From assembly GCF_000195855.1 (NCBI RefSeq), contig NC_002677.1:2760001-2792000 (forward strand): a stretch of 32,000 bases of DNA, in the 5' to 3' direction. Within the stretch, counting starts at the first letter, position 1; each line of letters starts with the position of its first letter. Position numbers and translations under genes: made by a program. This DNA is from Mycobacterium leprae TN. Lineage in GTDB: Bacteria > Actinomycetota > Actinomycetes > Mycobacteriales > Mycobacteriaceae. The notes beneath the pieces are model-generated. The model was not told where the DNA came from and ran no database searches. It saw nothing but the letters and a program-made list of their open reading frames with translations. Shown piece by piece: positions 1 through 11,714 of the stretch.

Positions 1-560
1 CCCGGATAGACGAGCGCAAACGCCGCGCGCAGCCGTCGTGTATCCGAGTACCGCTTGGCAAAGAACAGCACATTTTCGCACGAAAACAGGGTCTACCCGC
101 ATGAGAGCGTCGAGCCGCGCCACCGCCTGCCAGCGTAGCAGATGCCGACCGCGGTCATACGCCGTGCTGGCCAACGTAGTGACGGGCAGCCCCGGGGGGC
201 CGACACGGTTGATCTGGTCGTCGGCCACGGCCTCGCTGCAAGACGATAAGGCCGCGTTGTGGCCGGGTGCTGGGCCCGATCAATTCGACAGCAAAGCCGT
301 CGTCCACCCACTGCGCACAATCAATCGAGGAAGCAGCGGCGCCGGCAAGGACAGCCTTTGACCGCACGAGGCCAGCCAGACGCCGGTAACGCAGCCGCGC
401 AGCGTGGGTGCCAGAACACCTCGGCACGTAAATGCCGGGGTAGATCGCGTAATGCCAGTGCTGAAGTTCATATATGGCCATCCGACCAGCGTTAATGACC
501 TCACATGCTAATAAAGACGTTCCGCATGACAAGCATGCTAACACCGCCATCGACATTCCC
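1..560 (-). pseudogene. degraded conserved coding remnant upstream of recR (possibly an Rv3714c-like relic)
   Basis: Several short overlapping frames, none full length. Position next to recR fits the Rv3714c position in M. tuberculosis. No diagnostic motif. Confidence 0.25.
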
Positions 561-629
561 CAGATCGACGTTTTGCAGATAAAACCCGAGAAAGCACCTG
601 CAAACGTCGATTTCGGCGAAACGCCGAAA

Positions 630-1241
630 TCAGACCATCGTTCGCCGGCCGGTCAGCGCACGGCCGAGTGTCAGCTCGTCGGCGAATTCCAGGTCGCCGC
701 CCATCGGCAAGCCGGACGCGATCCGCGTCACGGTCAAGCCGGGCATATCGCGCAGCATCCGAACCAAATAGGTGGCGGTTGCCTCACCCTCGGTATTGGG
801 GTCGGTGGCAATGATCACCTCTGTAATGCCCACATCGTCGACCCGCTCACCGATGCGGCTTAGCAACTCGCGGATCCGCAGCTGCTCGGGACCAATTCCG
901 GATAGCGGATCAAGCGCACCGCCCAACACGTGATAGCGGCCGCGGAATTCGCGGGTGCGCTCCACGGCCTGGACATCTTTCGGTTCCTCAACCACGCACA
1001 CCACAGATGCATCTCGACGGGTATCAGAACAAATTCTGCATCGCTCGTCGTCAGATACATTGCCGCACACCGTACAGAACCGCACGTCATCGCGAACCTT
1101 TACCAACACGGCTGTCAACCGGTCGATATCTTGCGGTTCCACTGATAACAGGTGAAAGGCGATGCGCTGCGCGCTTTTAGGTCCAATACCAGGCAGCTTG
1201 CCAAGCTCGTCAATCAGATTCTGGACCGGCCCCTCAAACAC
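630..1241 (-). CDS. recR: recombination mediator protein RecR
   Basis: 203-aa [35 protein letters not shown]; C4 zinc finger [16 protein letters not shown]; Toprim motif [14 protein letters not shown]. Confidence 0.97.
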   Translation of the reverse strand: MFEGPVQNLIDELGKLPGIGPKSAQRIAFHLLSVEPQDIDRLTAVLVKVRDDVRFCTVCGNVSDDERCRICSDTRRDASVVCVVEEPKDVQAVERTREFRGRYHVLGGALDPLSGIGPEQLRIRELLSRIGERVDDVGITEVIIATDPNTEGEATATYLVRMLRDMPGLTVTRIASGLPMGGDLEFADELTLGRALTGRRTMV

Positions 1242-1252
1242 GTCGATGCAAT

Positions 1253-1603
1253 TCAGGTTCCTGCCATGTAAGTCGGTGGGGTCGGTGGCGGTGCCGTCGG
1301 ACGCATGGCGCTGGTCAACGCTCCCAAACGCTCCTGAGCCAGTTTGGTGACTTGCTTAGAAGCATCAGCCATCGCGCCGACGATCAGGTCCTGCAAGGTC
1401 TCAATATCGCCAGGGTCGACGACTTTAGGATCGATAGCGACACTAACCACTTCTCCACTGCCTTTGACGACGACCTCGACCAAGCCCCCACCACCCTGAC
1501 CATGCACCTGCGCGTTCGCGAGCTGTTGTTGGGTTTCCAGTAGCTTCTGCTGCATCTGCTGCGCCTGGGCGAGCAGCGCCGACATATCACCTCCGGGTTG
1601 CAT
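1253..1603 (-). CDS. YbaB/EbfC family nucleoid-associated protein (Rv3716c-like)
   Basis: 116-aa ORF with [29 protein letters not shown]...[17 protein letters not shown]; directly upstream of recR on the same strand. Internal Met (MSALLAQ) may be the true start. Confidence 0.93.
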   Translation of the reverse strand: MQPGGDMSALLAQAQQMQQKLLETQQQLANAQVHGQGGGGLVEVVVKGSGEVVSVAIDPKVVDPGDIETLQDLIVGAMADASKQVTKLAQERLGALTSAMRPTAPPPTPPTYMAGT

Positions 1604-1702
1604 GACAGCTCCCTCGCATCTTGGTCTCGAATTGGTTTCGCCTACAGATATTAGGGCGATTTGAAATTTCGAGTTTAGACTGCACCAGGCTATCTTTGCG
1701 CC

Positions 1703-2473
1703 GTGAACACACGAGTTAGCCTCCGTATCGGGTTCCGAATGGTCGTAGGCCTATTAGTAGCGGCCTTAACGACAATCACCCCGACCGCGGTAGCCTATCC
1801 CTCTAATCCCGCCAATATAGCTGGCATGATCGTGTTCATCGATCCTGGCCACAACGGCTCCAATGACGCATCCATCAGCCGTCAGGTACCCACCGGTCGT
1901 GGCGGCACCAAAGACTGCCAGGCCAGCGGCACGTCGACGAACAGTGGCTATCCGGAGCACACCTTTACCTGGGACACCGCACTGCAGGTGCGCGCCGCGT
2001 TGGACGGCCTGGGTGTGCGGACCGCCCTGTCACGCGGAGACGACACTGGGCTGGGTCCGTGCGTAGACGCACGGGCCAACATGGCCAATGCGTTGCACCC
2101 CAATGCCTCCGTCAGCCTGCACGGCGACGGAGGTCCGGCGTCCGGTCGGGGCTTTCACGTCATCTATTCTGCCCCGCCGCTCAACCCGGTGCAGGCCGGG
2201 CCATCGGTGCAGTTCGCCCGAATCATGCGCGACCAGCTACAGGCCTCGGGCATTCCTCCGGCTAACTACATTGGCCAGAGCGGTCTGTGCGGACGCTCAG
2301 ATTTGGCTGGCCTGAATCTGGCACAATATTCGTCGATCCTGATCGAGTTGGGCAACATGAAGAATCCAGCGGACTCGGCACTAATGGAGTCGTCAGAAGG
2401 CAGGAAGAAATACGCCGACGCCGTGGTCCGCGGCGTCGAGGGCTTCCTTGCCACCCAGAGCCGAGCGCGCTGA
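1703..2473 (+). CDS. N-acetylmuramoyl-L-alanine amidase (Amidase_3), Rv3717-like, secreted
   Basis: Signal-peptide-like N-terminus, then [36 protein letters not shown] (Zn ligand His/Glu motifs). Alternative start at an internal Met. Confidence 0.93.
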   Translation: MNTRVSLRIGFRMVVGLLVAALTTITPTAVAYPSNPANIAGMIVFIDPGHNGSNDASISRQVPTGRGGTKDCQASGTSTNSGYPEHTFTWDTALQVRAALDGLGVRTALSRGDDTGLGPCVDARANMANALHPNASVSLHGDGGPASGRGFHVIYSAPPLNPVQAGPSVQFARIMRDQLQASGIPPANYIGQSGLCGRSDLAGLNLAQYSSILIELGNMKNPADSALMESSEGRKKYADAVVRGVEGFLATQSRAR

Positions 2474-2488
2474 ACTCCCGCCGTGGGA

Positions 2489-2965
2489 CTAGCGCTCCAG
2501 CTCGTTCTTCAGGTTAGCTAACACCTCGGCCTGGATCTTCTTAAGCCCCAGCGGCGCAAAGGTCTTTTCAAAAAAGCCTTTGACACCGCCCGCACCGGTC
2601 CAGGCCGTCTTCATCGTCACGCTGGATCCCGGTCCCGCAGGAGCAACCGTCCAGCTAGTTACCATCGACGAGTTCGCATCCTTCTCAATGACGGTGTGGC
2701 CAGCGACATCAACGTTGACCTGCACATCGCGAACACGTGATCTGGTGACCTGCAACTTCCACTTCACGACGGTGCCCGGCCCTTGACCGCCCTGCACCAC
2801 CTGATACTCGTTATACTGCGGTGATAAAATTTTCGGGCGCATCTTCTGATAGTCCGCTACCGCAGCAAGCGTGGCTACGGGCTCAACATTGACCAAGATT
2901 GTGCTGACTGCGCTCACCGGTCCCATTAGGCGCGACTCCTCTGTTGTGATTACGATGCCCCGCAC
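2489..2965 (-). CDS. SRPBCC / polyketide cyclase-like protein (Rv3718c-like)
   Basis: 158-aa ORF; NVEPVATLAAVADYQKMRPKILSPQYNEYQVVQGGQGPGTVVKWKLQV typical of the SRPBCC fold. N-terminal extension before MGPVSAVS is probably not translated. Confidence 0.8.
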   Translation of the reverse strand: MRGIVITTEESRLMGPVSAVSTILVNVEPVATLAAVADYQKMRPKILSPQYNEYQVVQGGQGPGTVVKWKLQVTRSRVRDVQVNVDVAGHTVIEKDANSSMVTSWTVAPAGPGSSVTMKTAWTGAGGVKGFFEKTFAPLGLKKIQAEVLANLKNELER

Positions 2966-3014
2966 TTGGCCATTAAGACCGGTTCGGGGATTGTGGTCGG
3001 AGACTAGGATATAT

Positions 3015-4394
3015 ATGGTGTCTGTCCAAGAATCTGCACTGGTTGTCTACACATCTGGCGTCAAGCGGTTGGTGGCGAGCTATAGATCTATCCCCGCCAC
3101 GTCGCCCGTACGACTCGCCAAGCCCACCTCAAACCTGTTCCGCACCCGTGCTAAACGCGATGCACCCGGCTTGGATGCATCGGGGCTGACCGGTGTCATA
3201 GGTATCGACACCGAAGCTCGCACCGCCGACGTGGCCGGTATGTGCACCTACGAGGACCTGGTAGCCGCAACCTTGCCTTACGGTCTTTTGCCACTGGTGG
3301 TTCCGCAACTCAAGACTATCACCCTCGGCGGTGCAGTCACCGGGCTGGGCATCGAATCGGCCTCGTTTCGCAATGGCTTACCACACGAATCGGTGCTGGA
3401 AATGGATATCCTCACCGGCGCTGGAGAATTGCTCACAGTATCTGCAAACCAGCACGGCGACCTGTACCGTGCCTTCCCCAATTCCTATGGTACGTTAGGA
3501 TATTCAACACGGTTTCGGATCTCCCTGGAACCTGTAACCCCCTTTGTAGCACTGCGACACATCCGATTTCACTTGTTGACCGAGATGGTCACGGCGATGG
3601 AAAACATCATCGACACCGGCGGACACGATGGCGTCCCAGTCGATTATCTGGACGGTGTGGTGTTCAGTGCTAACGAAAGCTACCTATGCATCGGTAAACG
3701 GACCACAACCCCGGGACCTGTCAGCGACTACACCGGACAACACATCTACTACCGGTCGATCCAACACGATAACGAAGTTAAAGAAGACCGGTTGACGATC
3801 CACGACTACGTGTGGCGCTGGGACACCGACTGGTTTTGGTGCTCTCGCGCATTTGGCGCGCAGAACCAGCAACTGCGGCGCTGGTGGCCGCGACGCTACC
3901 GGCGTAGTAGCGTGTATTGGAAGCTGATGGCTGCCGACCGACGCTTTGGCATCGTTGACCGGATCGAGGCGCGCAATGGCCGTCCACTGCGAGAGCGGGT
4001 GGTGCAGGACGTCGAGCTGCCGATCGAACGGACCTGCGAGTTCTTGGAGTGGTTCCTAGGCAGTGTGCCCATTGCTCCGATCTGGTTGTGCCCGTTGCGG
4101 CTTCGCGACCACAACAGTTGGCCGCTGTATCCGATCCAACCGGACCACAGCTACGTCAACGTTGGGTTCTGGTCCTCGGTGCCGGCTGGCGCCACCGAGG
4201 GTGAGACCAATAGGACAATCGAGGCCAAGGTCAGTGCGCTCGATGGGCACAAGTCGTTGTATTCCGATTCCTTTTATACCCGTGAGGAATTTAACGAGCT
4301 TTACGGCGGAGAGTCCTACAATGCTGTGAAGAAAATATATGACCCTGATTCACGTCTCCTTGACCTTTATGCAAAGGTGGTGCAACGACGATGA
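3015..4394 (+). CDS. FAD-binding oxidase/FAD-linked dehydrogenase (Rv3719-like)
   Basis: Frame open from 2871; ATG at 3015 (MVSVQESALVVYTSGVKRLVASYRS). FAD_binding_4 features: GVIGIDTEARTADVAGMCTYEDLV, LKTITLGGAVTGLGIESASFRNGLPHESVLEMDILTGAG. Stop overlaps the ufaA1 start (ATGA). Confidence 0.85.
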   Translation: MVSVQESALVVYTSGVKRLVASYRSIPATSPVRLAKPTSNLFRTRAKRDAPGLDASGLTGVIGIDTEARTADVAGMCTYEDLVAATLPYGLLPLVVPQLKTITLGGAVTGLGIESASFRNGLPHESVLEMDILTGAGELLTVSANQHGDLYRAFPNSYGTLGYSTRFRISLEPVTPFVALRHIRFHLLTEMVTAMENIIDTGGHDGVPVDYLDGVVFSANESYLCIGKRTTTPGPVSDYTGQHIYYRSIQHDNEVKEDRLTIHDYVWRWDTDWFWCSRAFGAQNQQLRRWWPRRYRRSSVYWKLMAADRRFGIVDRIEARNGRPLRERVVQDVELPIERTCEFLEWFLGSVPIAPIWLCPLRLRDHNSWPLYPIQPDHSYVNVGFWSSVPAGATEGETNRTIEAKVSALDGHKSLYSDSFYTREEFNELYGGESYNAVKKIYDPDSRLLDLYAKVVQRR

Positions 4395-5710
4395 CCACAA
4401 CCAAAGATTCCGAGCGTTTCACCCAAATTTCTAGTGGCAAACTGACCATGGCCGAAATTCTGGGGATCTTGACCGCAACTGGGCAACAACCGCTGAAATT
4501 CACCGCATATGACGGCAGCACCGCAGGCCACGATGATGCCGAAATAGGTCTGGATCTATGCAGCCCCCGCGGCGCCACCTACTTGGCCACGGCTCCCGGT
4601 GAACTCGGTATTGCGCGCGCATATGTAGCCGGTGACCTGCAGGCCCGCGGTGTCCATCCCGGTGATCCCTACACGCTGCTCAAAACACTGACCGACAGAG
4701 TCCAATTCAAACGTCCGTCACTGCGCGTACTAGCCAGTGTCGTCCGCTCGCTTGGTGTTGAGCATTTGCTGCCAATCGCACCGCCTCCGCAGGAGACACC
4801 GCCTCGGTGGCGCCGGATCACTGACGGCCTGCTGCACAGCAAGACTCGTGACGCCGAGGCCATCCGCCATCACTACGACGTTTCCAACCGGTTCTACGAA
4901 TGGGTGCTCGGACCCTCAATGACATACACTTGCGCAGTTTATCCGAATGCCGAAGCGACGTTAGAGGAGGCACAGGAGAACAAATACAGGCTGATTTTCG
5001 AGAAGCTGCGGCTGCAGCCCGGTGACAGGCTGCTCGATGTCGGCTGCGGCTGGGGCGGCATGGTGCGCTACGCCGCCCGCCGCGGGGTCCGGGTCATCGG
5101 TGCGACGCTGTCAGCCGAACAAGCGAAGTGGGCTCGGAAAGCGATTGACAACGAAGGGTTGGCAGAGATAGCACAAGTGCGGTATTCCGACTATCGTGAC
5201 ATACGAGAGACGGAATTCGACGCCGTTTCGTCAATCGGACTGACCGAGCACATCGGTGTCAAGAATTACCCCGCCTACTTCAACTTTCTGAAGTTGAAGT
5301 TGCGCACTGGCGGCTTGCTACTTAATCACTGCATAACCCGACGCGACAACAAGTCGACCTCCTTTGCCGGTGGATTTACCGACCGTTACGTCTTCCCCGA
5401 CGGGGAGCTAACAGGCTCGGGACGCATTACCACCGAAATCCAAGAGGTCGGTTTAGAAGTGCTGCACGAAGAGAACTTCCGCCATCACTACGCGATGACA
5501 CTGCGCGACTGGTGCCACAACCTGGTCGAGCATTGGGAAGACGCCGTTGCCGAAGTCGGCCTACCCATAGCCAAGGTCTGGGGTTTGTATATGGCGGCGT
5601 CGCGTGTGGCTTTTGAACAAAACAACCTCCAGCTGCATCACATACTGGCGACAAAGGTTGACGTCTGGGGTGACAACAGCCTACCGACACGGCCTTGGTG
5701 GACACCTTAG
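4391..5710 (+). CDS. ufaA1: cyclopropane-fatty-acyl-phospholipid synthase family protein UfaA1
   Basis: 439-aa ORF; SAM motif LLDVGCGWGGMVRYAARRGVRVIGATLSAEQ, YFNFLKLKLRTGGLLLNHCITR, FPDGELTGSGRITTEIQEVG. Confidence 0.92.
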   Translation: MTTTKDSERFTQISSGKLTMAEILGILTATGQQPLKFTAYDGSTAGHDDAEIGLDLCSPRGATYLATAPGELGIARAYVAGDLQARGVHPGDPYTLLKTLTDRVQFKRPSLRVLASVVRSLGVEHLLPIAPPPQETPPRWRRITDGLLHSKTRDAEAIRHHYDVSNRFYEWVLGPSMTYTCAVYPNAEATLEEAQENKYRLIFEKLRLQPGDRLLDVGCGWGGMVRYAARRGVRVIGATLSAEQAKWARKAIDNEGLAEIAQVRYSDYRDIRETEFDAVSSIGLTEHIGVKNYPAYFNFLKLKLRTGGLLLNHCITRRDNKSTSFAGGFTDRYVFPDGELTGSGRITTEIQEVGLEVLHEENFRHHYAMTLRDWCHNLVEHWEDAVAEVGLPIAKVWGLYMAASRVAFEQNNLQLHHILATKVDVWGDNSLPTRPWWTP

Positions 5711-7542
5711 TCTTCAACCGCGTCAGTCAGCCATTTATCGATACGGCGGGCACCCAGTTCGTTTTGCAACAGTTCGAGCGCAACCTCTTCCAGGTCGGGA
5801 CGCGGTGCTGACAGGTCTCTACGCCCGGGTTCAGCTAGCATGCCCTCATCTTCATACTGCTGGGCAGAAGCCACGTCAAGGACAGGAACTTTCTCCTGGG
5901 TAGGCAGCGCAACCATTCCCTCGCAAGCGGGTAGTGCACCCACAGCAGGCACGGGTACGCCGGCCTCGCATCGCACCCGCCAGTTCACACCCAGCGCGTC
6001 TTTGAGCGCTTCGGCGATAACATCTACGTTGTGCTGTTCAGACAGCCGCTTGGCCAGTGGCGCCGATCCGTGGGTCAAAATCAAGGTGTTGTCCTCAACC
6101 GCGCGGACGGTCGCGCCCGCCAGCATCACCTCGGTAGTGCGGCTGCGCTGGCGCACCTTCTCACGCACCGTCGACCACATGGTTCGTACCGCGGCCGCAT
6201 TGGGTGCACCCATGCCAGGGGTTGGTTCAGCGGCAGCCTGTGGCGTAGCCAGTTTGGAAGACTGAGCATCCGGAGCGGGCTGGGAATCCGGGGAAGCCAG
6301 GAAAGGCTGGTGAGGGAGACTAGGTTGGGCAGCCTTCTCGGCGGGCGCTGACTGAAGCGGGTATGCTGCCCTGGCAGCGGGGATCGACATGTTCAGCCGG
6401 GTCTCGATTCGCTCGACCCGTTGCAGCAATGCCGACTCGGCGTCCGTGGCCGAAGGCAGCAACAGCCGCGCGCAAACCACTTCGAGAAGCAGACGCGGCG
6501 CCGTTGCACCACGCATCTCCCCCAACCCGGAGTGTACCACCTCGGCGTAACGGGTCAACGTCGCCGGTCCGATTCGGACAGCTTGCTCCCGCATCCGGTC
6601 TAACACATCCTCCGAAGCATCCACCACACCACGGGCTGCCGCATCAGGAACCGCCTGCAGGACGATGAGATCGCGGAATCGCTCTAGCAAATCAGTAGCA
6701 AAACGCCGTGGATCGTGGCCGGCATCAATCACCGATTCGACCGCACCAAACAATGCTGCCGCATCGTGAGCCCCGAGTGCATCGACAGCGTCGTCTATAA
6801 GTCCAACGTCGGTGGCACCTAGCAACTTCAGCGCCCGCTGGTAGGTCACGTGCTCGCCTTCCGCGCCAGCCACCAGCTGATCCAACACTGACAGCGTGTC
6901 CCGGGGGGAACCTCCACCGGCCCGGATGACCAGAGGGTACACCGCATCGTCGACGACGACGCCCTCCTGCGCACAGATGCGCCCGACCAAAGCCCGCATG
7001 GTGCGTGGCGACAGCAGCCTAAATGGGTAATGATGGGTGCGCGATCGAATCGTCGGCAGCACCTTCTCCGGCTCGGTGGTGGCGAAGATGAAGATCAAGT
7101 GGTCGGGCGGTTCCTCGACGATCTTGAGTAGCGCGTTAAAGCCGGCGGTGGTCACCATGTGCGCTTCGTCGACAATGAACACACGGTACCGTGACTGGGC
7201 CGGCGCGTAGAACGCGCGGTCGCGCAGCTCACGAGTGTCGTCCACGCCGCCGTGGCTGGCGGCGTCAAGCTCCACCACGTCGATGTGGCCGGGCGCGTTG
7301 GGCGCCAAAGACAAGCATGATTCGCATACACCACACGGCGTGGCCGTGGTCCCCTGCGCACAATTAAGCGACCGCGCCAGAATGCGCGCCGAAGAGGTCT
7401 TTCCACAGCCACGCGGCCCGGAGAACAAGTAAGCATGGTTGATCCTTCCGGCTTCCAAAGCGATAGACAGCGGCTCGGTGACATGTTCTTGCCCCACCAC
7501 CTCAGCGAAAGCTGCCGGTCGATACTTGCGGTACAGAGTCAC
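5707..7542 (-). CDS. dnaX: DNA polymerase III subunits gamma/tau
   Basis: 611-aa ORF from GTG (MTLYRKYRPAAFAEVVGQEHVTEPL); Walker A FSGPRGCGKTSSARILARSLNC; zinc module CGVCESCLSLAPNAPGHIDVVELDAASHGG. Convergent 4-bp overlap with ufaA1. Confidence 0.97.
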   Translation of the reverse strand: MTLYRKYRPAAFAEVVGQEHVTEPLSIALEAGRINHAYLFSGPRGCGKTSSARILARSLNCAQGTTATPCGVCESCLSLAPNAPGHIDVVELDAASHGGVDDTRELRDRAFYAPAQSRYRVFIVDEAHMVTTAGFNALLKIVEEPPDHLIFIFATTEPEKVLPTIRSRTHHYPFRLLSPRTMRALVGRICAQEGVVVDDAVYPLVIRAGGGSPRDTLSVLDQLVAGAEGEHVTYQRALKLLGATDVGLIDDAVDALGAHDAAALFGAVESVIDAGHDPRRFATDLLERFRDLIVLQAVPDAAARGVVDASEDVLDRMREQAVRIGPATLTRYAEVVHSGLGEMRGATAPRLLLEVVCARLLLPSATDAESALLQRVERIETRLNMSIPAARAAYPLQSAPAEKAAQPSLPHQPFLASPDSQPAPDAQSSKLATPQAAAEPTPGMGAPNAAAVRTMWSTVREKVRQRSRTTEVMLAGATVRAVEDNTLILTHGSAPLAKRLSEQHNVDVIAEALKDALGVNWRVRCEAGVPVPAVGALPACEGMVALPTQEKVPVLDVASAQQYEDEGMLAEPGRRDLSAPRPDLEEVALELLQNELGARRIDKWLTDAVED

Positions 7543-7651
7543 GTCAGCAGGCTACTCAGGTCCAATGACGATGCGAACCCCGGAGGGTCCGCCTAAGGGG
7601 CGGGCCGGTCAAGCCGAACCGCTGACTAACGACCGGCCGACCTCGAGTACG

Positions 7652-9116
<1,465 letters not shown>

Positions 9117-9252
9117 ATCAAGAGTCTAATACCGCGGCGACCGCAAGTGTGGCGCAGCCAGGTGCAACTGATCGTCACGGTATTACCTTGGGTTGGAGCG
9201 GGCGACGAAGGCCGCAACACACGCGACCCGGCCCAGCGGCTACCATAGCCAC

Positions 9253-9338
9253 GGAGGATTCGCCTAGTGGCCTATGGCGCTCGCCTGGAACGCGGGTTGG
9301 GTTAACAGCCCTCGCGGGTTCAAATCCCGCATCCTCCG
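9253..9338 (+). tRNA. tRNA-Ser, anticodon GGA
   Basis: Acceptor GGAGGAT/ATCCTCC, T arm GCGGG-TTCAAAT-CCCGC, anticodon arm CTCGC-CTGGAAC-GCGGG (anticodon GGA), long variable arm. 86 nt, class II tRNA. CCA not encoded. Confidence 0.95.
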
Positions 9339-9441
9339 CACTCGGTCGTTGTTTCACCAGACACGACCATGTTCGATACCGTTTCTGAAGTCGGGTTCGT
9401 CACTTTTAGGACGGCTTGAAGTCACCAGCACGAGGAGGGGT

Positions 9442-10194
9442 ATGGGATACAAGGTCGCCACGCTGTGGCACGCGTCATTTTCGATTGGCGCTGGCGTCCT
9501 CTACTTCTATTTCGTGCTGCCCCGCTGGCCGGAGCTGATAGGCGAGACCACGCACACGTTGGGAACAACACTACGCATCGTGACAGGCGTGCTGTTCGGC
9601 CTGGCCGCACTGCCAGTGGTTTTCACGCTGTTGCGCAGCCAAACATCCGAGCTCGGCATCCCGCAGCTGGCACTGTCCATCAGGACCTGGTCGATCGTGG
9701 CCCACGTGCTGTCCGGGGTACTAATCGTGAGCACCGCAATCGGCGAGATCTGGCTCAGCAGCGATACCGCTGTCCAGTGTTTGTTCGGAATTTATGGAGC
9801 TGCTGCAGCCAGTGCGGTACTCGGCTTCGTCGCTTTCTATTTGTCGTTCGTCGCCGCGCTGCCGCCGCCATCGCCGAAACCGGTCAAACTGAAGAAAGCC
9901 AACCAGCGACGTATTCGCCGGCGGAAAGGCCGCAAGGACAACGAGGCTGAGGATGAAGAAGCCGATGCTGGCGAGCACAACGAGGCCGAAACGCCAGCGC
10001 AGGCCGAAGAGGTCACCTCGGAGAACCCACAGCCAGCACCCGAATCAGGGGCACAGAAAGAACCTGACGAACTCCTAGCCAACAAGACCGAAGAGACCGA
10101 CGAACCTCGGCGCGGACTGCACAACCGCCGCCCGACCGGCAAAGTGTCACATCAGCGTAGGCGTGCACGCAGCGGGATCGCGGTCGAGAATTAA
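9442..10194 (+). CDS. lucA: membrane protein, Rv3723/LucA-like (lipid uptake coordinator A)
   Basis: ATG at 9442 (MGYKVATLWHASFSIGAGVLYFYFVLPRWPELIGETTHT) after AGGAGGGG. Several TM segments, charged C-terminal tail, syntenic position after Rv3722c/ffs/tRNA-Ser. Confidence 0.82.
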   Translation: MGYKVATLWHASFSIGAGVLYFYFVLPRWPELIGETTHTLGTTLRIVTGVLFGLAALPVVFTLLRSQTSELGIPQLALSIRTWSIVAHVLSGVLIVSTAIGEIWLSSDTAVQCLFGIYGAAAASAVLGFVAFYLSFVAALPPPSPKPVKLKKANQRRIRRRKGRKDNEAEDEEADAGEHNEAETPAQAEEVTSENPQPAPESGAQKEPDELLANKTEETDEPRRGLHNRRPTGKVSHQRRRARSGIAVEN

Positions 10195-11034
10195 CGGCCC
10201 AACTTTGCAGTCAATCGCAGCGCCGCAGGTGCTCAACAGAGTTGGCGATACGCTAACGCGTGTGGCCCCCACAGTTGACTGAACCTCGTGGTCAATACTG
10301 GCCCAGCCTCGCGAATTCGGGCCAACGTAGGAGAGCGCAGCTGAGCTTTCGTATGCCGATAGACATCGACTGAAATATCGCCAAGGTCTGACGCTTTAGC
10401 AACGGCCACCTAGACGAGATCTTCGGTGACCGCGCGGGGGCAAGTCCAACCTCGAACAACCTCTAGCCCGTCGATAAATACGACCACCAAGCAGCACCCT
10501 ATCCGCACGCGCAACACACAACCTCAAAGGCGGGCCGACGGAAACAGCACTCCGATACGCACCTCTGACGCACCGATCTGCTCATCGGAGCTCAATAGGC
10601 AACAGTTGCCACACGCAGACCAGCAACACACCAGCCCGCGATAGCGGCACGCATTGATTGCGTCCGCGGTCGGCCCCGGATAGCAAAACATAGCCTCAAA
10701 CACATGGGACTAGAGTCGGCATCATCCTATCGATGTAGCCAACCCCGCCCCGCAATATGCGGTTGAGCTCACTTCCAGCTCAGGACACCCAACTAGCTAC
10801 CTGCGACTACGAATACCTCGACGCCAGAACATTGCAACTCGCTGATGGCCTCACTCAGCTCGTCCAGCAACTCAACGTCGAGAGCATTAACGCTCCCCAA
10901 CGAAAGATTAAGTAATCGCACCATTCCCACGGTTTAGATCTCAATCAATGACACATTCCAGCGTTGCTCCTGGCTAACCCCAATTCCCGGTTGCAGACTC
11001 GGAACCAATGCTACTAACGGTGGGCGAGTATGAC

Positions 11035-11340
11035 CGGAATACCGGTGTTCTCGTCGTTGTGATAACTCACGCACATCCGATAGTAGCTGTCGACGATCTG
11101 TAGCGGAACGCTCGTCGTGTAGTTACCATGTATCAGCAATATGGGCTACAGCTGCTCGCCTTTTCTGATTTTGGCTAGATCCAAAACGACGTGGGGATTG
11201 TAAACAGGTAGCATGCGCAGCTTCTCTTCCCAAAGAAATGTCTTGGCCTTCTTGTGCACAAGGGTTCCGGCCTGCAACTGCTCCGTCAACTCTCTGAGAG
11301 AGTGGATGTCCACAAGCAAGCCAAAGTAATAGTCTGCCAC
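11035..11340 (-). pseudogene. relic of a small conserved ParB-like hypothetical protein
   Basis: Minus frame KAKTFLWEEKLRMLPVYNPHVVLDLAKIRKGEQL, then after a stop/shift PILLIHGNYTTSVPLQIVDSYYRMCVSYHNDENTGIPV. The latter resembles actinobacterial '...PLxIADGYHRVCASYxxDENTDIPCR'. Confidence 0.4.
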
Positions 11341-11714
11341 CGAAAAGTCATGTTACTCAGGATTACCTAGCCAAAACGACTAAAATAGCCTCTACCGCTA
11401 TCGGATGCCTCACTCCACCTGGCTATCGCCGCCCAACATCACTAAGTTGGTTGAAACGAAGCGCCCGTGTTGAGGCAACCTACTGACTTGATGCCAAAAT
11501 TGGTATCGGTAGCAACTCGCACCGTCTGTACTTACCGTATGACAGCACCATTAGCACAACGCTTTAGCAGAAGCAATTCCGGCGAAACGCCTTCCCGCGG
11601 GAGCGATCTACCGGGCTTGAACGCGGCTTCGGTTACCTGCATAACGTAAGGCGGCAAGACAAATCCACGAAGCCACACCAAAGATCGACTCTCTCACGTG
11701 TGGCTGATCGGTCA

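Noticed and set aside
5840-7484. ORFs antisense or out of frame within dnaX (5840..6265, 6031..6351, 6363..6668, 7152..7484, 7235..7432)
   Set aside because: dnaX is unambiguous; these are shadow ORFs typical of high-GC coding DNA.
9274-9441. Upstream extension of the lucA-like ORF
   Set aside because: It overlaps tRNA-Ser (9253-9338); ATG at 9442 has a good ribosome-binding site.
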